Source: an uncultured Gammaproteobacteria bacterium
Lineage (GTDB): Bacteria > Patescibacteriota > Microgenomatia > UBA1406 > GWC2-37-13
Direction of reading: 5' to 3'
Assembly (NCBI GenBank): GCA_964392185.1
Contig: CAYMOO010000001.1
Location: 24,060-88,059, forward strand
DNA length: 64,000 nucleotides
Positions 8,375 to 17,976 of this stretch are shown piece by piece. Under the pieces are notes generated by a model. The model did no database searches. It saw only the letters and a list, made by a program, of their open reading frames with translations, and was not told the DNA's origin. Made by a program: the position numbers and the translations under genes. Numbering within the stretch: position 1 is the first letter of the stretch; every line of letters begins with the position of its first letter.

Positions 8375-10847
8375 TATATTTAAAGAATCTCACCTTGGCT
8401 ACCTCAACGATACCAACATAAATAATGACGATTCCGATAAGGTAAATCCAGAAATTCAATGGTACGGAAACGAACTTAAAATAGGAACCTACCCAGGTCT
8501 GTGCTATAAAAACCGACGCCACAGACGTCGCGAGAACCGATAGTATCAAATATTTTGATGGTGTGCTTTTCCAAAAGGGCACTTTGTGCGTTCGACTGGC
8601 AAGGATTATCAAGGATTGACTTATCAATGATTCCATGAACCAACCGGTACGGAATGCGGCAACTCCAACGTGAAGAACATATAACAAAACATAAAAGGTG
8701 ACAAAGTCGAAAAACGAACTGATCGGACCGAAGGTTATTATCGCCTGGCGGATGTATTTCATATTCCAACGTTTGGGTTCTTTAAGCTCCGACTCATCGA
8801 CATTATCGGTGGGGAGGGCAAGCTGGGACAAATCGTACATAAGATTATTGAGCAATATCTGAATAGGCAGCATTGGTAGAAACGGAAATAAAAGCGAAGC
8901 GATACTTACAGACATCATATTACCGAAATTTGAGCCCATACCCATGAATATATACTTCATCGTGTTGGCAAAAGTCCGTCTCCCTTCAACTATACCATCA
9001 TGAAGCACTCTCAAAGACTTTTTGGTCAATATAATATCCGCTGACTCTTTAGCAACGTCAACGGCGTTATCAACCGAAATACCGATATCGGCAGCGCGCA
9101 ATGGTGGCGCATCGTTGACTCCGTCCCCCATATAACCAACCACATTACCTTCTTTTTTTAGAGCAAGGATCAATCGTTCTTTTTGCGCCGGTGTCAAGCG
9201 AGCGAAAATAGTATTTTGAGTCGCGATACGCTGCATAGCTCGGTCGGAAACATGCACAAGCTGCTGTCCAACAACTACTCCGCTCACCTCAATACCCAGC
9301 TCATCACAAATTTTTTTGGTTACCAACTCGCTATCCCCGGTGAGAATTTTCAAACCTACACCTGCCGACTTAAGATCGGCGAGTACCGCTTTAACCGAAT
9401 GTTTGGGTGGGTCGAGAAATGCAGTGTATCCGGCAAAAACCAGATCTTTTTCATCGCTTTTAGAAAAACTCTCCTTTTCATCAACCTTACGGTATGCAAC
9501 AGTTAAAACTCGATAACCTTCTGAGCTTAATTGTTCGTATCTTTTCTTCAACTTCAATCTCAAAGAATCATCTAGCGACTGCACATGTCCCCCAACGACT
9601 ACACAGTTACATTGTTCATTTACAGATTCGGGTGCTCCCTTGCAGATTAATTTCAACTCATGATCTTGCGTAGCCACAACAACGGAAAGACGTTTTCTTA
9701 TAAAGTCGAAGGGTATTTCCGTAATTTTACTGATATTCTTCTCGTGTGCCTCTTTATGGGCGAGTACCGCCTCGTCCAACGGACTCTTCAAATTTGCCTG
9801 ATAAAGACTATTCAAATAAGCTAACCGCAGAACTTCTGTATCTTCTTCGCCACCAGCGTTTTCGTATTTTTCCAATTTTATTTTATTTTCGGTTATCGTT
9901 CCGGTTTTATCGGTGCATAAAATATTCATCCCGCCAAAATTCTGGATTGAAGGTAGATGCTTCACAATGACACCTTTCTTCGCCATGCGAGTTGCCCCTT
10001 GTGCAAGATTGACGGTAACCACCATAGGAAGTAATTCTGGCGTTAGTCCGACTGCCAAGGCGACTGCGAACAAAAAAGACTGAAAAAGATCATGCTTCAT
10101 CACTATATGTGCCAAAAAAATCATCATTATAAGTCCGATCGTAACCTGCATGACCAAATAACCAAATTTTTTCATACCTCGCTCAAAATCGGTTTCTGGA
10201 CGTACCTTGGCGAGAGATTCTGCGATCGATCCGAATCTTGTTGCTGCGCCAACTGCGGTCACAACACAAAGTCCTTCTCCGTTTACGACGGTCGAGCCCA
10301 TGAAAACGCCTTCGCCCTCGGCTTTACCAACCGGGTATGATTCTCCGGTGAGCGCCGATTCGTCTACGTGAAAGTCGACCGACGATACTACTTCGGCGTC
10401 GGCCGGAACCACGTCGCCGGTTGTAAGATTTATAAGATCGCCAACAGTGAGATGTGCGGCAACGAGTTCCATGCGTTGTCCGTCGCGATAAACCCAAGTA
10501 TGGATTGAAGCTTTCTGTTTAAGCTTATCGGCGGCAGCGGCCGACTGATACTCCTGAAAAAAATCCAAAGCAACACTAATAATGACTATGCATATTATTA
10601 TTACGAAATCGGCGTAGCTGCCGGTAAAAGCCGACACGCATGAAGCGATAATAAGTATGATTACGAGCGGATTATTGAAACGGGCAAGAAGCGATTTGAG
10701 TAGATTCTGTTTCTTTTGTGTAGCCACAACATTAGGGCCATACTGTATTATCCTCTTTTCAGCCTCTTCGGAAGTGAGGCCTTTTTTATTTGATCTCAAT
10801 CCACTAATATGTTTAACTTGGTCTTCGCTCAAATGAAGATCTTCCAT
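8367..10847 (-). CDS. mgtA: Mg2+-importing P-type ATPase (MgtA/MgtB type)
   Basis: Motifs are the phosphorylation site ICTDKTGTITENK, the hinge MGDGVNDAPPLRAADIGISV, and the C-terminal LNNLMYDLSQLALPTDNVD...PKRW typical of MgtA. The ORF-track start at 10907 is a TTG that would overlap the upstream gene, so I prefer the first ATG at 10847 (MEDLHL). Confidence 0.85.
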   Translation of the reverse strand: MEDLHLSEDQVKHISGLRSNKKGLTSEEAEKRIIQYGPNVVATQKKQNLLKSLLARFNNPLVIILIIASCVSAFTGSYADFVIIICIVIISVALDFFQEYQSAAAADKLKQKASIHTWVYRDGQRMELVAAHLTVGDLINLTTGDVVPADAEVVSSVDFHVDESALTGESYPVGKAEGEGVFMGSTVVNGEGLCVVTAVGAATRFGSIAESLAKVRPETDFERGMKKFGYLVMQVTIGLIMMIFLAHIVMKHDLFQSFLFAVALAVGLTPELLPMVVTVNLAQGATRMAKKGVIVKHLPSIQNFGGMNILCTDKTGTITENKIKLEKYENAGGEEDTEVLRLAYLNSLYQANLKSPLDEAVLAHKEAHEKNISKITEIPFDFIRKRLSVVVATQDHELKLICKGAPESVNEQCNCVVVGGHVQSLDDSLRLKLKKRYEQLSSEGYRVLTVAYRKVDEKESFSKSDEKDLVFAGYTAFLDPPKHSVKAVLADLKSAGVGLKILTGDSELVTKKICDELGIEVSGVVVGQQLVHVSDRAMQRIATQNTIFARLTPAQKERLILALKKEGNVVGYMGDGVNDAPPLRAADIGISVDNAVDVAKESADIILTKKSLRVLHDGIVEGRRTFANTMKYIFMGMGSNFGNMMSVSIASLLFPFLPMLPIQILLNNLMYDLSQLALPTDNVDESELKEPKRWNMKYIRQAIITFGPISSFFDFVTFYVLLYVLHVGVAAFRTGWFMESLISQSLIILASRTHKVPFWKSTPSKYLILSVLATSVASVFIAQTWVGSYFKFVSVPLNFWIYLIGIVIIYVGIVEVAKVRFFKYIK

Positions 10848-10867
10848 ATTTACAGTATACACGCCTT

Positions 10868-11146
10868 TTATTTTGCGTTTGTTTCCCCATGATGATGTCT
10901 TCCCCAAGATACTTTATTCCATAGTCGCTCATGAAGAAAGTACAATATGGTACTTGAAAAATTGGAAACGATAATTATCCCGATCGCAACGTCGTTACGT
11001 CCGGTTAATTTAGAAATAATCAAAAAATCGGCCGTAAGTGCAAGGATACGAAAAGTAAACGCTTTGGTAAGAGATCGCTTATAATGCTCGATGAACTTGA
11101 TGGGCATGAAAAGAATTCTATCATAACGCAAACCATACTTCGACAT
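10868..11146 (-). CDS. DUF2061-like small membrane protein
   Basis: 92-aa ORF. KRSLTKAFTFRILALTADFLI ... ILYFLHERLWNKVSWG resembles the DUF2061 family as I remember it. Confidence 0.55.
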   Translation of the reverse strand: MSKYGLRYDRILFMPIKFIEHYKRSLTKAFTFRILALTADFLIISKLTGRNDVAIGIIIVSNFSSTILYFLHERLWNKVSWGRHHHGETNAK

Positions 11147-11187
11147 TTCGGTAAAAGCGCGTGTAATTTTAAGATTGTTTATATATA

Positions 11188-11655
11188 ATGAAGCCTATGA
11201 ATATTCTCCTGACATACGCCACTTATTCTTCCGGAACAAAATTGGCGAGTGAATGCATAGTCAGAGCATTGGAAGAAGTCGGAAATAAGGTTGATATGAA
11301 AGAAATCGGTACTATTAATCCAGAAAATTTCAATCAATACGATTTGATTCTCATGGGCTCACCCAGCTGGTATAACCGAGAAAAGGAGGGTATGCCTCAC
11401 GAGGACTTCATCAAATTTTCCGAAAGATCCCAGGGTAAAGATTTCACCGGGAAAAAATTTGCTATCTTTGGTTTAGGCGATAAATCTTACGCACATTTTT
11501 GCGGCGCAGTGGATTTTTTGGAGGAGTTCGTGAATAATATAAAAGGTACGTTGGCTGGCCAATCGCTTCGCGTCGATAGTTTTTTTAATGACGAACCGGG
11601 TAAAGAAAAAATTCTGGGCGACTGGGCGAAATCACTGGCGGCGACGGCTAAATAA
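11188..11655 (+). CDS. Flavodoxin
   Basis: 155-aa ORF. It has the N-terminal ILLTYATYSSGT phosphate-binding loop, LILMGSPSW, and FAIFGLGDKSYAHFCGAVD. Confidence 0.8.
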   Translation: MKPMNILLTYATYSSGTKLASECIVRALEEVGNKVDMKEIGTINPENFNQYDLILMGSPSWYNREKEGMPHEDFIKFSERSQGKDFTGKKFAIFGLGDKSYAHFCGAVDFLEEFVNNIKGTLAGQSLRVDSFFNDEPGKEKILGDWAKSLAATAK

Positions 11656-11657
11656 GT

Positions 11658-12839
11658 ATGAAATTTATCCTTTCACTACTTTTTATTGGGGCAATCTCAG
11701 CGACTGTAATCTACTACATGCGTGAACAACAAAATTATCTTTCCAAAAAAATTATATCTTCTTCAGCTAGGGCAGACGAACTGGATCAACGATACCAAAA
11801 CATAAAAGAAGAGCTAGAAAAAACCGCTCACAACCTTGACATCTTGCGCAACGAAGACCAACGCACCATCAACCAAAATCTTGAAAAGTCGATAACAGAA
11901 ATAAAAAGTGCATATAAAGAGGCCGTTGGAACATATGAGGAGTTATTAAAATTAAGAGAGGCAACCAGCAAAACCACCGATTTCGATAACAAGTTCACCT
12001 CAGTTCTCCTATCGCTTTCTAAGGGAGATTACGCTTCAGGAACAGCTACACTTACTGCACTTAAAAAATCTATCGCAGGCGAGCGAGACAAAATCACATC
12101 TTCATTTTCTATTCCACAAAATGTACCCACCAACAATGCACCTCCGGGATCAGGATACCGCAGGCAAGTTGTTCAGACCGATATCGGTAGCTATATGGTA
12201 GATATAGTCGCCGCGGATCTCAACTCAACACGAGTTATTGTTGATACCGCATCAGACAGCAACTGTGCTAATGATTGTCCCGTATTGTCGTTGGGTGACT
12301 TCGTTAGCCGCTCCGGAGCGTACGCTGGTATAAACGGACCGTATTTTTGCCCGGCCACATACCCCAGCTGCGACGGTAAAAAAAATTCTTTTGATACCCT
12401 AATTATGAATAAGAAAAAATATTATTTTAATTCCGATAATAATGTCTATAGCACGGTGCCGGCAGTCATCTTTTCCGGCAGCTCAGCCAGATGGGTAAGT
12501 CGGTCGCTGGAATGGGGGCGAGATACCGGAGTTGATGCGGTTATTGCCGGTCAACCGCTTCTTATCTTTAACAGCAATGTTACTTTCGGGGGTGACGGCG
12601 AGGTTAAGAGGTCGGGAAAAGGTTTGCGTAGTTTCATTGGGACCAAGGGAACAACCGTATTTATAGGTGTTGTCCATAATGCCAATGTGGCAGAGGTAGC
12701 CCGTGTGCTTAAGGCTCTCGGAATGGAAAATGCCTTAAATCTTGATTCGGGCGGATCAACCGCGCTTATGAGTGGAGGTAAATATCTTGCCGGGCCAGGT
12801 CGTAGTACGCCCTTTGGAATCTTGTTCGTCAGAAAATAA
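11658..12839 (+). CDS. Phosphodiester glycosidase family protein (DUF2233/NAGPA-like) with N-terminal TM and coiled coil
   Basis: 393-aa ORF with an N-terminal TM helix and a coiled-coil stretch. The C-terminal GINGPYF ... LNLDSGGSTALM is typical of the family. Confidence 0.65.
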   Translation: MKFILSLLFIGAISATVIYYMREQQNYLSKKIISSSARADELDQRYQNIKEELEKTAHNLDILRNEDQRTINQNLEKSITEIKSAYKEAVGTYEELLKLREATSKTTDFDNKFTSVLLSLSKGDYASGTATLTALKKSIAGERDKITSSFSIPQNVPTNNAPPGSGYRRQVVQTDIGSYMVDIVAADLNSTRVIVDTASDSNCANDCPVLSLGDFVSRSGAYAGINGPYFCPATYPSCDGKKNSFDTLIMNKKKYYFNSDNNVYSTVPAVIFSGSSARWVSRSLEWGRDTGVDAVIAGQPLLIFNSNVTFGGDGEVKRSGKGLRSFIGTKGTTVFIGVVHNANVAEVARVLKALGMENALNLDSGGSTALMSGGKYLAGPGRSTPFGILFVRK

Positions 12840-12841
12840 TT

Positions 12842-13327
12842 ATGGATAACCAAACTCTACAGAAAGAGTTCATGCAGGGAACCGTGCCCAATAAACTTGA
12901 AGGCTTCTATAAGGGCAAAATTGAGGAAATATACCCAACAGGAGCAGCTGAATCTTTCATTGCGACTATCAATAATATCTGGACTCCTTGGCAAGGAAAA
13001 TGCTTTTATCTAAATGGCCGTGGGGACAATATACTTTCCCCTATTCTTATGTGGGCTACACGAATACGTTTCGGTGATTTTTTTAATAACGAATCCACCG
13101 ATGGACGCTTTCACGCTTTTCCATTTCAGACAACAATAAGCAGTTCAATATTCGATGAAAAACCAGTACTTCAATTGGCTTACAATCTGCCGCAAAATCC
13201 CAAAGCGATATCTGGGATAATCGATGAAATTGTCTGGGTCGGTGATAAAGCTTATCTAGGAAAAATGTACGTCAAATCAATTGATTCCTATGCATTGAAA
13301 GCTTGGTTCAGATTGTTCTCAAATTGA
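12842..13327 (+). CDS. Hypothetical protein
   Basis: 161-aa ORF starting 3 nt after the upstream stop. No motif recognised. Confidence 0.45.
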   Translation: MDNQTLQKEFMQGTVPNKLEGFYKGKIEEIYPTGAAESFIATINNIWTPWQGKCFYLNGRGDNILSPILMWATRIRFGDFFNNESTDGRFHAFPFQTTISSSIFDEKPVLQLAYNLPQNPKAISGIIDEIVWVGDKAYLGKMYVKSIDSYALKAWFRLFSN

Positions 13328-13328
13328 C

Positions 13329-13898
13329 TCAGATTGGTTCGGCCGGAAAATCTTCATCGCCATTATTCTTACTTGTTGCACCGGTATTGAGCCATTCTAC
13401 ATAAGTACAGCCAACCGCTTGTTTTTTTTGCCTATCCCATGTATTGGTAGAACACTTTTTTAGACGTTTACCGTTTGCTGTCGTCATGAGGACGAGCTTG
13501 TTTCCACACTGGGGACACTCTTCTTCAAGCTCTTCTCGAGTGGTCTTATTTAACCATTCGATATAATCACATCCGGTCGCCTTCTTAGCTTCTCGATCCC
13601 ATCCGGAAGTAGAACACTTTTTGGCTTTTTTGCCAAATCTTGTCGTCATGATAATAAGGTTGGCGCCACATTTTGGACATTTCTCATCTGTTTCTTCCGG
13701 TGGTGTTTCGAGCCATTTAACATAGTCACAACCATCAACCTGCCTTGTCTGCGGATTCCATGTGCCAGCTGAACATCGCTGTAGTCTCTTTCCGGTTGGC
13801 GTTTCTGTAATTGGAGATAGAGCACTACCGCATTTTGGACACACATCCGACTTTGTTTCTTCCGCTTTCGTCTCTGATTTCGCTTTTGATTTAGGCAT
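13329..13898 (-). CDS. Stand-alone protein with three tandem topoisomerase-type C4 zinc-finger modules
   Basis: 189-aa ORF with three ~55-aa repeats of CP(K/Q)CG-x17-19-C(S)-x-W-x-GC-Y(V/I)(K/E)WL. Examples are CPKCGSALSPITETPTGKRLQRCSAGTWNPQTRQVDGCDYVKWL and CPKCGANLIIMTTRFGKKAKKCSTSGWDREAKKATGCDYIEWL. Confidence 0.65.
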   Translation of the reverse strand: MPKSKAKSETKAEETKSDVCPKCGSALSPITETPTGKRLQRCSAGTWNPQTRQVDGCDYVKWLETPPEETDEKCPKCGANLIIMTTRFGKKAKKCSTSGWDREAKKATGCDYIEWLNKTTREELEEECPQCGNKLVLMTTANGKRLKKCSTNTWDRQKKQAVGCTYVEWLNTGATSKNNGDEDFPAEPI

Positions 13899-14014
13899 AT
13901 TTTATAGCGTGAAATTATGAAGTGCCTAGATAGTCACGCCACGTTATCGGGCACGGGAAAAAATATAGTAAAAAAAATAAGAAAGTTCAATAGCATATTG
14001 TCTACAAAAATCAT

Positions 14015-14551
14015 TCATTTATGGAATAGGCTTTCCGGCGGCGCAAATATTTGGATGAGAGCATTGCGCAATGCCTCCTCCAAACTCACATTACGAAGTA
14101 CAATATTACCACTATAGTTTCCCCAGGTATCATCTCGTGTGTAGTGAAACTCTTCTTCTAACTGTTGCATTACCTGCCAATGTTCAAGATCGGATTTATT
14201 TAACTTTTTTATTATATATGTAGGAACCTTTAGACCACTTGAGTATCCAAAAAAATCTCTTTTATCTCCGGTCAACACACATGCCCACGCTTCCTCGTAT
14301 ATATCACCGTAACGATTCACGAGCCCGCTCTCCAGTCCAATCGCCAAATCGACTTGAGGATGGAGAGCGAAACTTTTTGTCGCGCGGTTCTTGGCGCCTT
14401 TTTTTGTCTCCCGACCCCATGGAGTATAACCGACTCCCGAGTCCACACTGCATGGGTAAACCACCATATTTTCGATCCGCACAACCTCGGTGATTATTTT
14501 CTTAACGGCTTCCTGTTTGATTTTGCTGGTTGTGCCGAGCGCAATATGCAT
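14015..14551 (-). CDS. Inosine/xanthosine triphosphatase (YjjX/DUF84 NTPase family)
   Basis: 178-aa ORF. VDSGVGYTPWGRETKKGAKNRA and IGLESGL align with the YjjX motifs V(E)SGV..QP.G.EET..GA.NR and IEAG. Confidence 0.65.
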   Translation of the reverse strand: MHIALGTTSKIKQEAVKKIITEVVRIENMVVYPCSVDSGVGYTPWGRETKKGAKNRATKSFALHPQVDLAIGLESGLVNRYGDIYEEAWACVLTGDKRDFFGYSSGLKVPTYIIKKLNKSDLEHWQVMQQLEEEFHYTRDDTWGNYSGNIVLRNVSLEEALRNALIQIFAPPESLFHK

Positions 14552-14571
14552 AATGCTATAATCTACCGTAT

Positions 14572-15241
14572 GAAAGGTGAAGAAGCAAGAAATACATTAA
14601 AAACAATGGCTCTAGATATTGAATTTCTGATAATAAGCGTTATTCAAGGTATGGCTTTACAAATGCTCGCAGGGGCAGCGGCGCCAGTAATAGGCGACTT
14701 TAAACTGGAATATTGGCCATATATTATTTCGGGATTTATACTCATTCTTGTTTTTTGGTCTCAATCCGTACTACACGCCTGGAGTTTTATCGACTGGCCG
14801 ATAGATCTAATACATTCATTTCTTTATTTTCTCGCCTGCTTCGTCGAGGTTATTGCCTTTTATTATATAACCAACCCGCAAAAATGGTACTTATTCTGTT
14901 TAATTTTTCTTCTTGTAATGATTGTCTTATATTTATATGACTTATCAATAATAAAGCGTAAAAAAGATAAACTGTCAAACAACACTGTGCAGAAAAAAAT
15001 TTACGAACACACATATCGTTCCCAGTTAAAAGAAATAAAACTAGTGCTCCCGGCGGCGGTGTTGTTTCAGGCGTATGCACTGTGGGAAGTGAATACACAA
15101 ATTAACTTTTACATCAATAGACACTACCATTTGATTTTCGGCATTCTTCAGGCATGCTCGAGCATAATTCTCCTTATATTTTCAACCAAAACTTTCAAAA
15201 GCAGATTGCGCCTAATCGAAGAAAAATATATTAATATTTAA
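14572..15241 (+). CDS. Hypothetical polytopic membrane protein
   Basis: ORF-track entry 14354..15241 overlaps the yjjX-like gene on the opposite strand. The first ATG clear of that gene is 14572 (MKGEEARN). Several hydrophobic helices follow. Confidence 0.45.
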
Positions 15242-15256
15242 CATCAACCAATATAA

Positions 15257-15514
15257 ATGGGTATAGAACGCTATAGAAAACTTGTTGTCGAACTAGGTCT
15301 AAATCCGCTACAAGATACAAAACCATTACAGTTAACCCTGGAGGAAATTCTAGCGCTTGAGCCGGGACATGTAATAATGCGAACTGACCCGGATCCGGAG
15401 ATGGCAGTACCACTGCTGAAGGGATCTCTTAATCTTAATGAGTTCGAGATCTACTATGAAGGGGACAAGATAGTTGTGAGAAGATTATTTTCTCTGCCGG
15501 TACAAATAAGCTAA
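15257..15514 (+). CDS. Hypothetical small protein
   Basis: 85-aa ORF with no motif. Coding status is uncertain. Confidence 0.3.
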   Translation: MGIERYRKLVVELGLNPLQDTKPLQLTLEEILALEPGHVIMRTDPDPEMAVPLLKGSLNLNEFEIYYEGDKIVVRRLFSLPVQIS

Positions 15515-15549
15515 ATGTCTCTTTTGATACTTTTCTACGTGATTATATG

Positions 15550-15623
15550 TGGACCTGAGGGGACTCGAACCCCTGATCTCCTGACTGCCAGCCAGGCATT
15601 CTAGCCAACTGAACTACAGGCCC
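15550..15623 (-). tRNA. tRNA-Ala (anticodon GGC)
   Basis: The minus strand reads GGGCCTGTAGTTCAGTTGGCTAGAATGCCTGGCTGGCAGTCAGGAGATCAGGGGTTCGAGTCCCCTCAGGTCCA. It forms a cloverleaf with a 7-bp acceptor stem carrying the G3:U70 alanine identity pair, anticodon loop CTGGCAG, and T loop TTCGAGT. No CCA is encoded. Confidence 0.9.
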
Positions 15624-15665
15624 GTTCATCGCAACTTCATCCGGTAATATTATAGAATATCACTA

Positions 15666-16307
15666 ATGATATTTAAAGACAGAGAAGATGCGGGCGAACA
15701 ATTGGCTGAAATTCTGAAAATGAGAATGAAGTCGGTGCCTGCAAGCAAAGTAATAGTGGCTTCCCTCCTAAGAGGAGGTGTCATCGTCGGATCGGCAGTC
15801 GCTCACAAAATCGGATGCGGACACATAGCATTACCGGTAGCTAAAATAAGAGCACCTCACAATCCGGAGTTGGCACTTGGTGCCGTATGCTTCGACATAA
15901 CATATCTAGAAAAGAACGTAATTGAATTGGTTTCAGGCTTGAAAAAAATCGACATCACGGAACAAATCAAAATAGCTAAAAAAAGATTTGAGTATTATCG
16001 TGAAAAATTTTTTATTGATGAAATCAAAACACATGCGCTCATCGCCGGACAAAACATAATAATAGTCGATGACGGTATCGCAACTGGCGCGACCGCAAAA
16101 GCCGCTACTTTATACGCCTCAATATATAAGCCGCAGTCGATAATAATCGCATCTCCCGTCGTTATAAACAATTTTCAGGCTCCCGGCATAGAGTTGATAA
16201 CAATCAACTTAACACGCAATGCTCAGTCTATTTCCCAGTTTTACCGGTTTTTTCCACAAATAGGAGATGATGAAGTAAAAAAGTTCCTCCGTCAACCAAC
16301 AAAATAG
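15666..16307 (+). CDS. Phosphoribosyltransferase family protein
   Basis: 213-aa ORF with the PRPP-binding motif IIIVDDGIATGATAKAA. The N-terminal FKDREDAGEQLA is typical of the putative PRTase family. Confidence 0.75.
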   Translation: MIFKDREDAGEQLAEILKMRMKSVPASKVIVASLLRGGVIVGSAVAHKIGCGHIALPVAKIRAPHNPELALGAVCFDITYLEKNVIELVSGLKKIDITEQIKIAKKRFEYYREKFFIDEIKTHALIAGQNIIIVDDGIATGATAKAATLYASIYKPQSIIIASPVVINNFQAPGIELITINLTRNAQSISQFYRFFPQIGDDEVKKFLRQPTK

Positions 16308-17452
16308 CCTTGTATAAAATATGCTAGAACTACTGTATGAACTGCAAAAAACAAGCCCGCTAAAAGAACTTTAATCACGCGTGAGTTTATCTCGGAAAAA
16401 AATATATAGGCCGATATCGCCATGGAACTATACCTTGGCATAGAGGAGAGTGTACCCGTCATGGTCGGCAACAAAAGATAAACTAAAGAAAATACAGCTA
16501 AACCCAACCTGGACCCTAGCCAATCTTTTTTCTTGTTTTTCCAGATTTGCCACAGTTCCGATAAAACAGCCACAAACATGAGCACAAATGAAAAAAATTC
16601 AAATACGGACACAAAGTAACGAAAATCATGTTTAGCGGTAATAAATATCTTTAGGTAACGGTAAACTACCTGGGGCAACAAGATTAAAGTAGTTGAACGA
16701 TACGCCCCAAAAGCAGGTTGCGCAGTAACGAAATAAAAAGGATCGCCCGTGGTCTGATATAGATATCCCATATAAACAAATAAACCCAAAATAGGCATGA
16801 GGGTAATTAAAACTTTAATGGTGGTTTTTTCGCCTCGGATTTGCTTACGACTAGGATTGAGCCACAACTCTATAAAGAAAGGAAAGAATATAAAAACACC
16901 CGCCAAACGAGTCAGGGCAGCAAAAAATGCTGCGATGGACGCCAACCACTGATTATGCCTACCTAAACTATAAAGAGATAAAAATAGTAGGAATAAAAAT
17001 AATGATTCACCGTAAATTGCGCCAAAATAAAATGATGTAGGATAAAAACATATAAATAAAATTGTCCAAAAAAGCTTGTCCTTTTTTAACCCAATCGTCT
17101 CAAGATATTTTGCCAGAAGTACGAGCCCAAAACCACCAAAAAACCATGATACAACTATACCAGCAAAAACCATTCTGCCTCCTAAAATTATACTCACCAT
17201 CCTTATGACTAGAGGGTACAGAGGGAAAAAAGCCTGTTCGAAGTTGTCGTAGCCGTGGGAAGCAATGCGTATATAGTGAACTCCGTCGAAATTTCCAAAA
17301 CCACTAAGGAAATATGGTAGTCGCGAAAGATCCAATATTTCCTTGTATGGGAAAAAGCCAAGATAAGGTAAAAAATATGGTGCGATTGTGGCGACAACCA
17401 AATCTACGATGCGAAAAAAAAGATAAATGAATATTATCGTTATTGTAGCCAT
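16292..17452 (-). CDS. Polytopic membrane glycosyltransferase (GT-C fold, PIG-V/mannosyltransferase-like)
   Basis: About 11 predicted TM helices. The loop motif FDGVHYIRIASHGY is typical of this family. I prefer the ATG at 17452 (MATITI) to the ORF-track start at 17491. Confidence 0.55.
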   Translation of the reverse strand: MATITIIFIYLFFRIVDLVVATIAPYFLPYLGFFPYKEILDLSRLPYFLSGFGNFDGVHYIRIASHGYDNFEQAFFPLYPLVIRMVSIILGGRMVFAGIVVSWFFGGFGLVLLAKYLETIGLKKDKLFWTILFICFYPTSFYFGAIYGESLFLFLLFLSLYSLGRHNQWLASIAAFFAALTRLAGVFIFFPFFIELWLNPSRKQIRGEKTTIKVLITLMPILGLFVYMGYLYQTTGDPFYFVTAQPAFGAYRSTTLILLPQVVYRYLKIFITAKHDFRYFVSVFEFFSFVLMFVAVLSELWQIWKNKKKDWLGSRLGLAVFSLVYLLLPTMTGTLSSMPRYSSMAISAYIFFSEINSRVIKVLLAGLFFAVHTVVLAYFIQGYFVG

Positions 17453-17976
17453 TCTAGGGATCGATCCTGGATTTTCTTGGTATCGCCCCAAAGAATCATA
17501 ATATTTTCTGGATCGACTCCTTGATCACGAAGCCAACCGTAGACATTTTGAGCCCCCATGCGGAACAATTCTCTATGTTTAGACATATCAGGCGATTTGT
17601 CGGGAATTTCGTAATCCACGCCATCTATATTTACGGTAAGCAACCAGCGGTGTGCGTTCTGGCTGGTTTTAGGAATGTACACGATGGCTTCTTCTCCGGA
17701 ATCAAGCTTTACTGTGGATTTATATGGAAGCTTATTATTTATTATTGATATTTCATCTATTGATTTTTTCACCACTTGAGAATTTACATCAATACCAGAA
17801 ACACCGGAAACCGCCAACGTTGGAGCTGCGCTAATATTTTTAAATGAATTTTTATTTATATTTTGTTTATGGTCGTCTTTAGGCTCTTGTCTACTTCGTA
17901 TATTATTTATGATGATCAGCGATATAAGAATAATGACACCGATTATTATGGTTAATGTATATCTATTTTTTAACAT
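17440..17976 (-). CDS. Hypothetical membrane-anchored protein
   Basis: It has a single N-terminal TM helix (LTIIIGVIILISLIII) and no recognised domain. The ATG at 17976 (MLKNRY) overlaps the upstream stop by 7 nt. Confidence 0.45.
   Translation of the reverse strand: MLKNRYTLTIIIGVIILISLIIINNIRSRQEPKDDHKQNINKNSFKNISAAPTLAVSGVSGIDVNSQVVKKSIDEISIINNKLPYKSTVKLDSGEEAIVYIPKTSQNAHRWLLTVNIDGVDYEIPDKSPDMSKHRELFRMGAQNVYGWLRDQGVDPENIMILWGDTKKIQDRSLEWLQ

Noticed and set aside
14354-14571. 5' extension of the membrane-protein ORF (track entry 14354..15241)
   Set aside because: The extension overlaps about 200 nt of the well-supported yjjX-like gene on the opposite strand. The internal ATG at 14572 removes the overlap.
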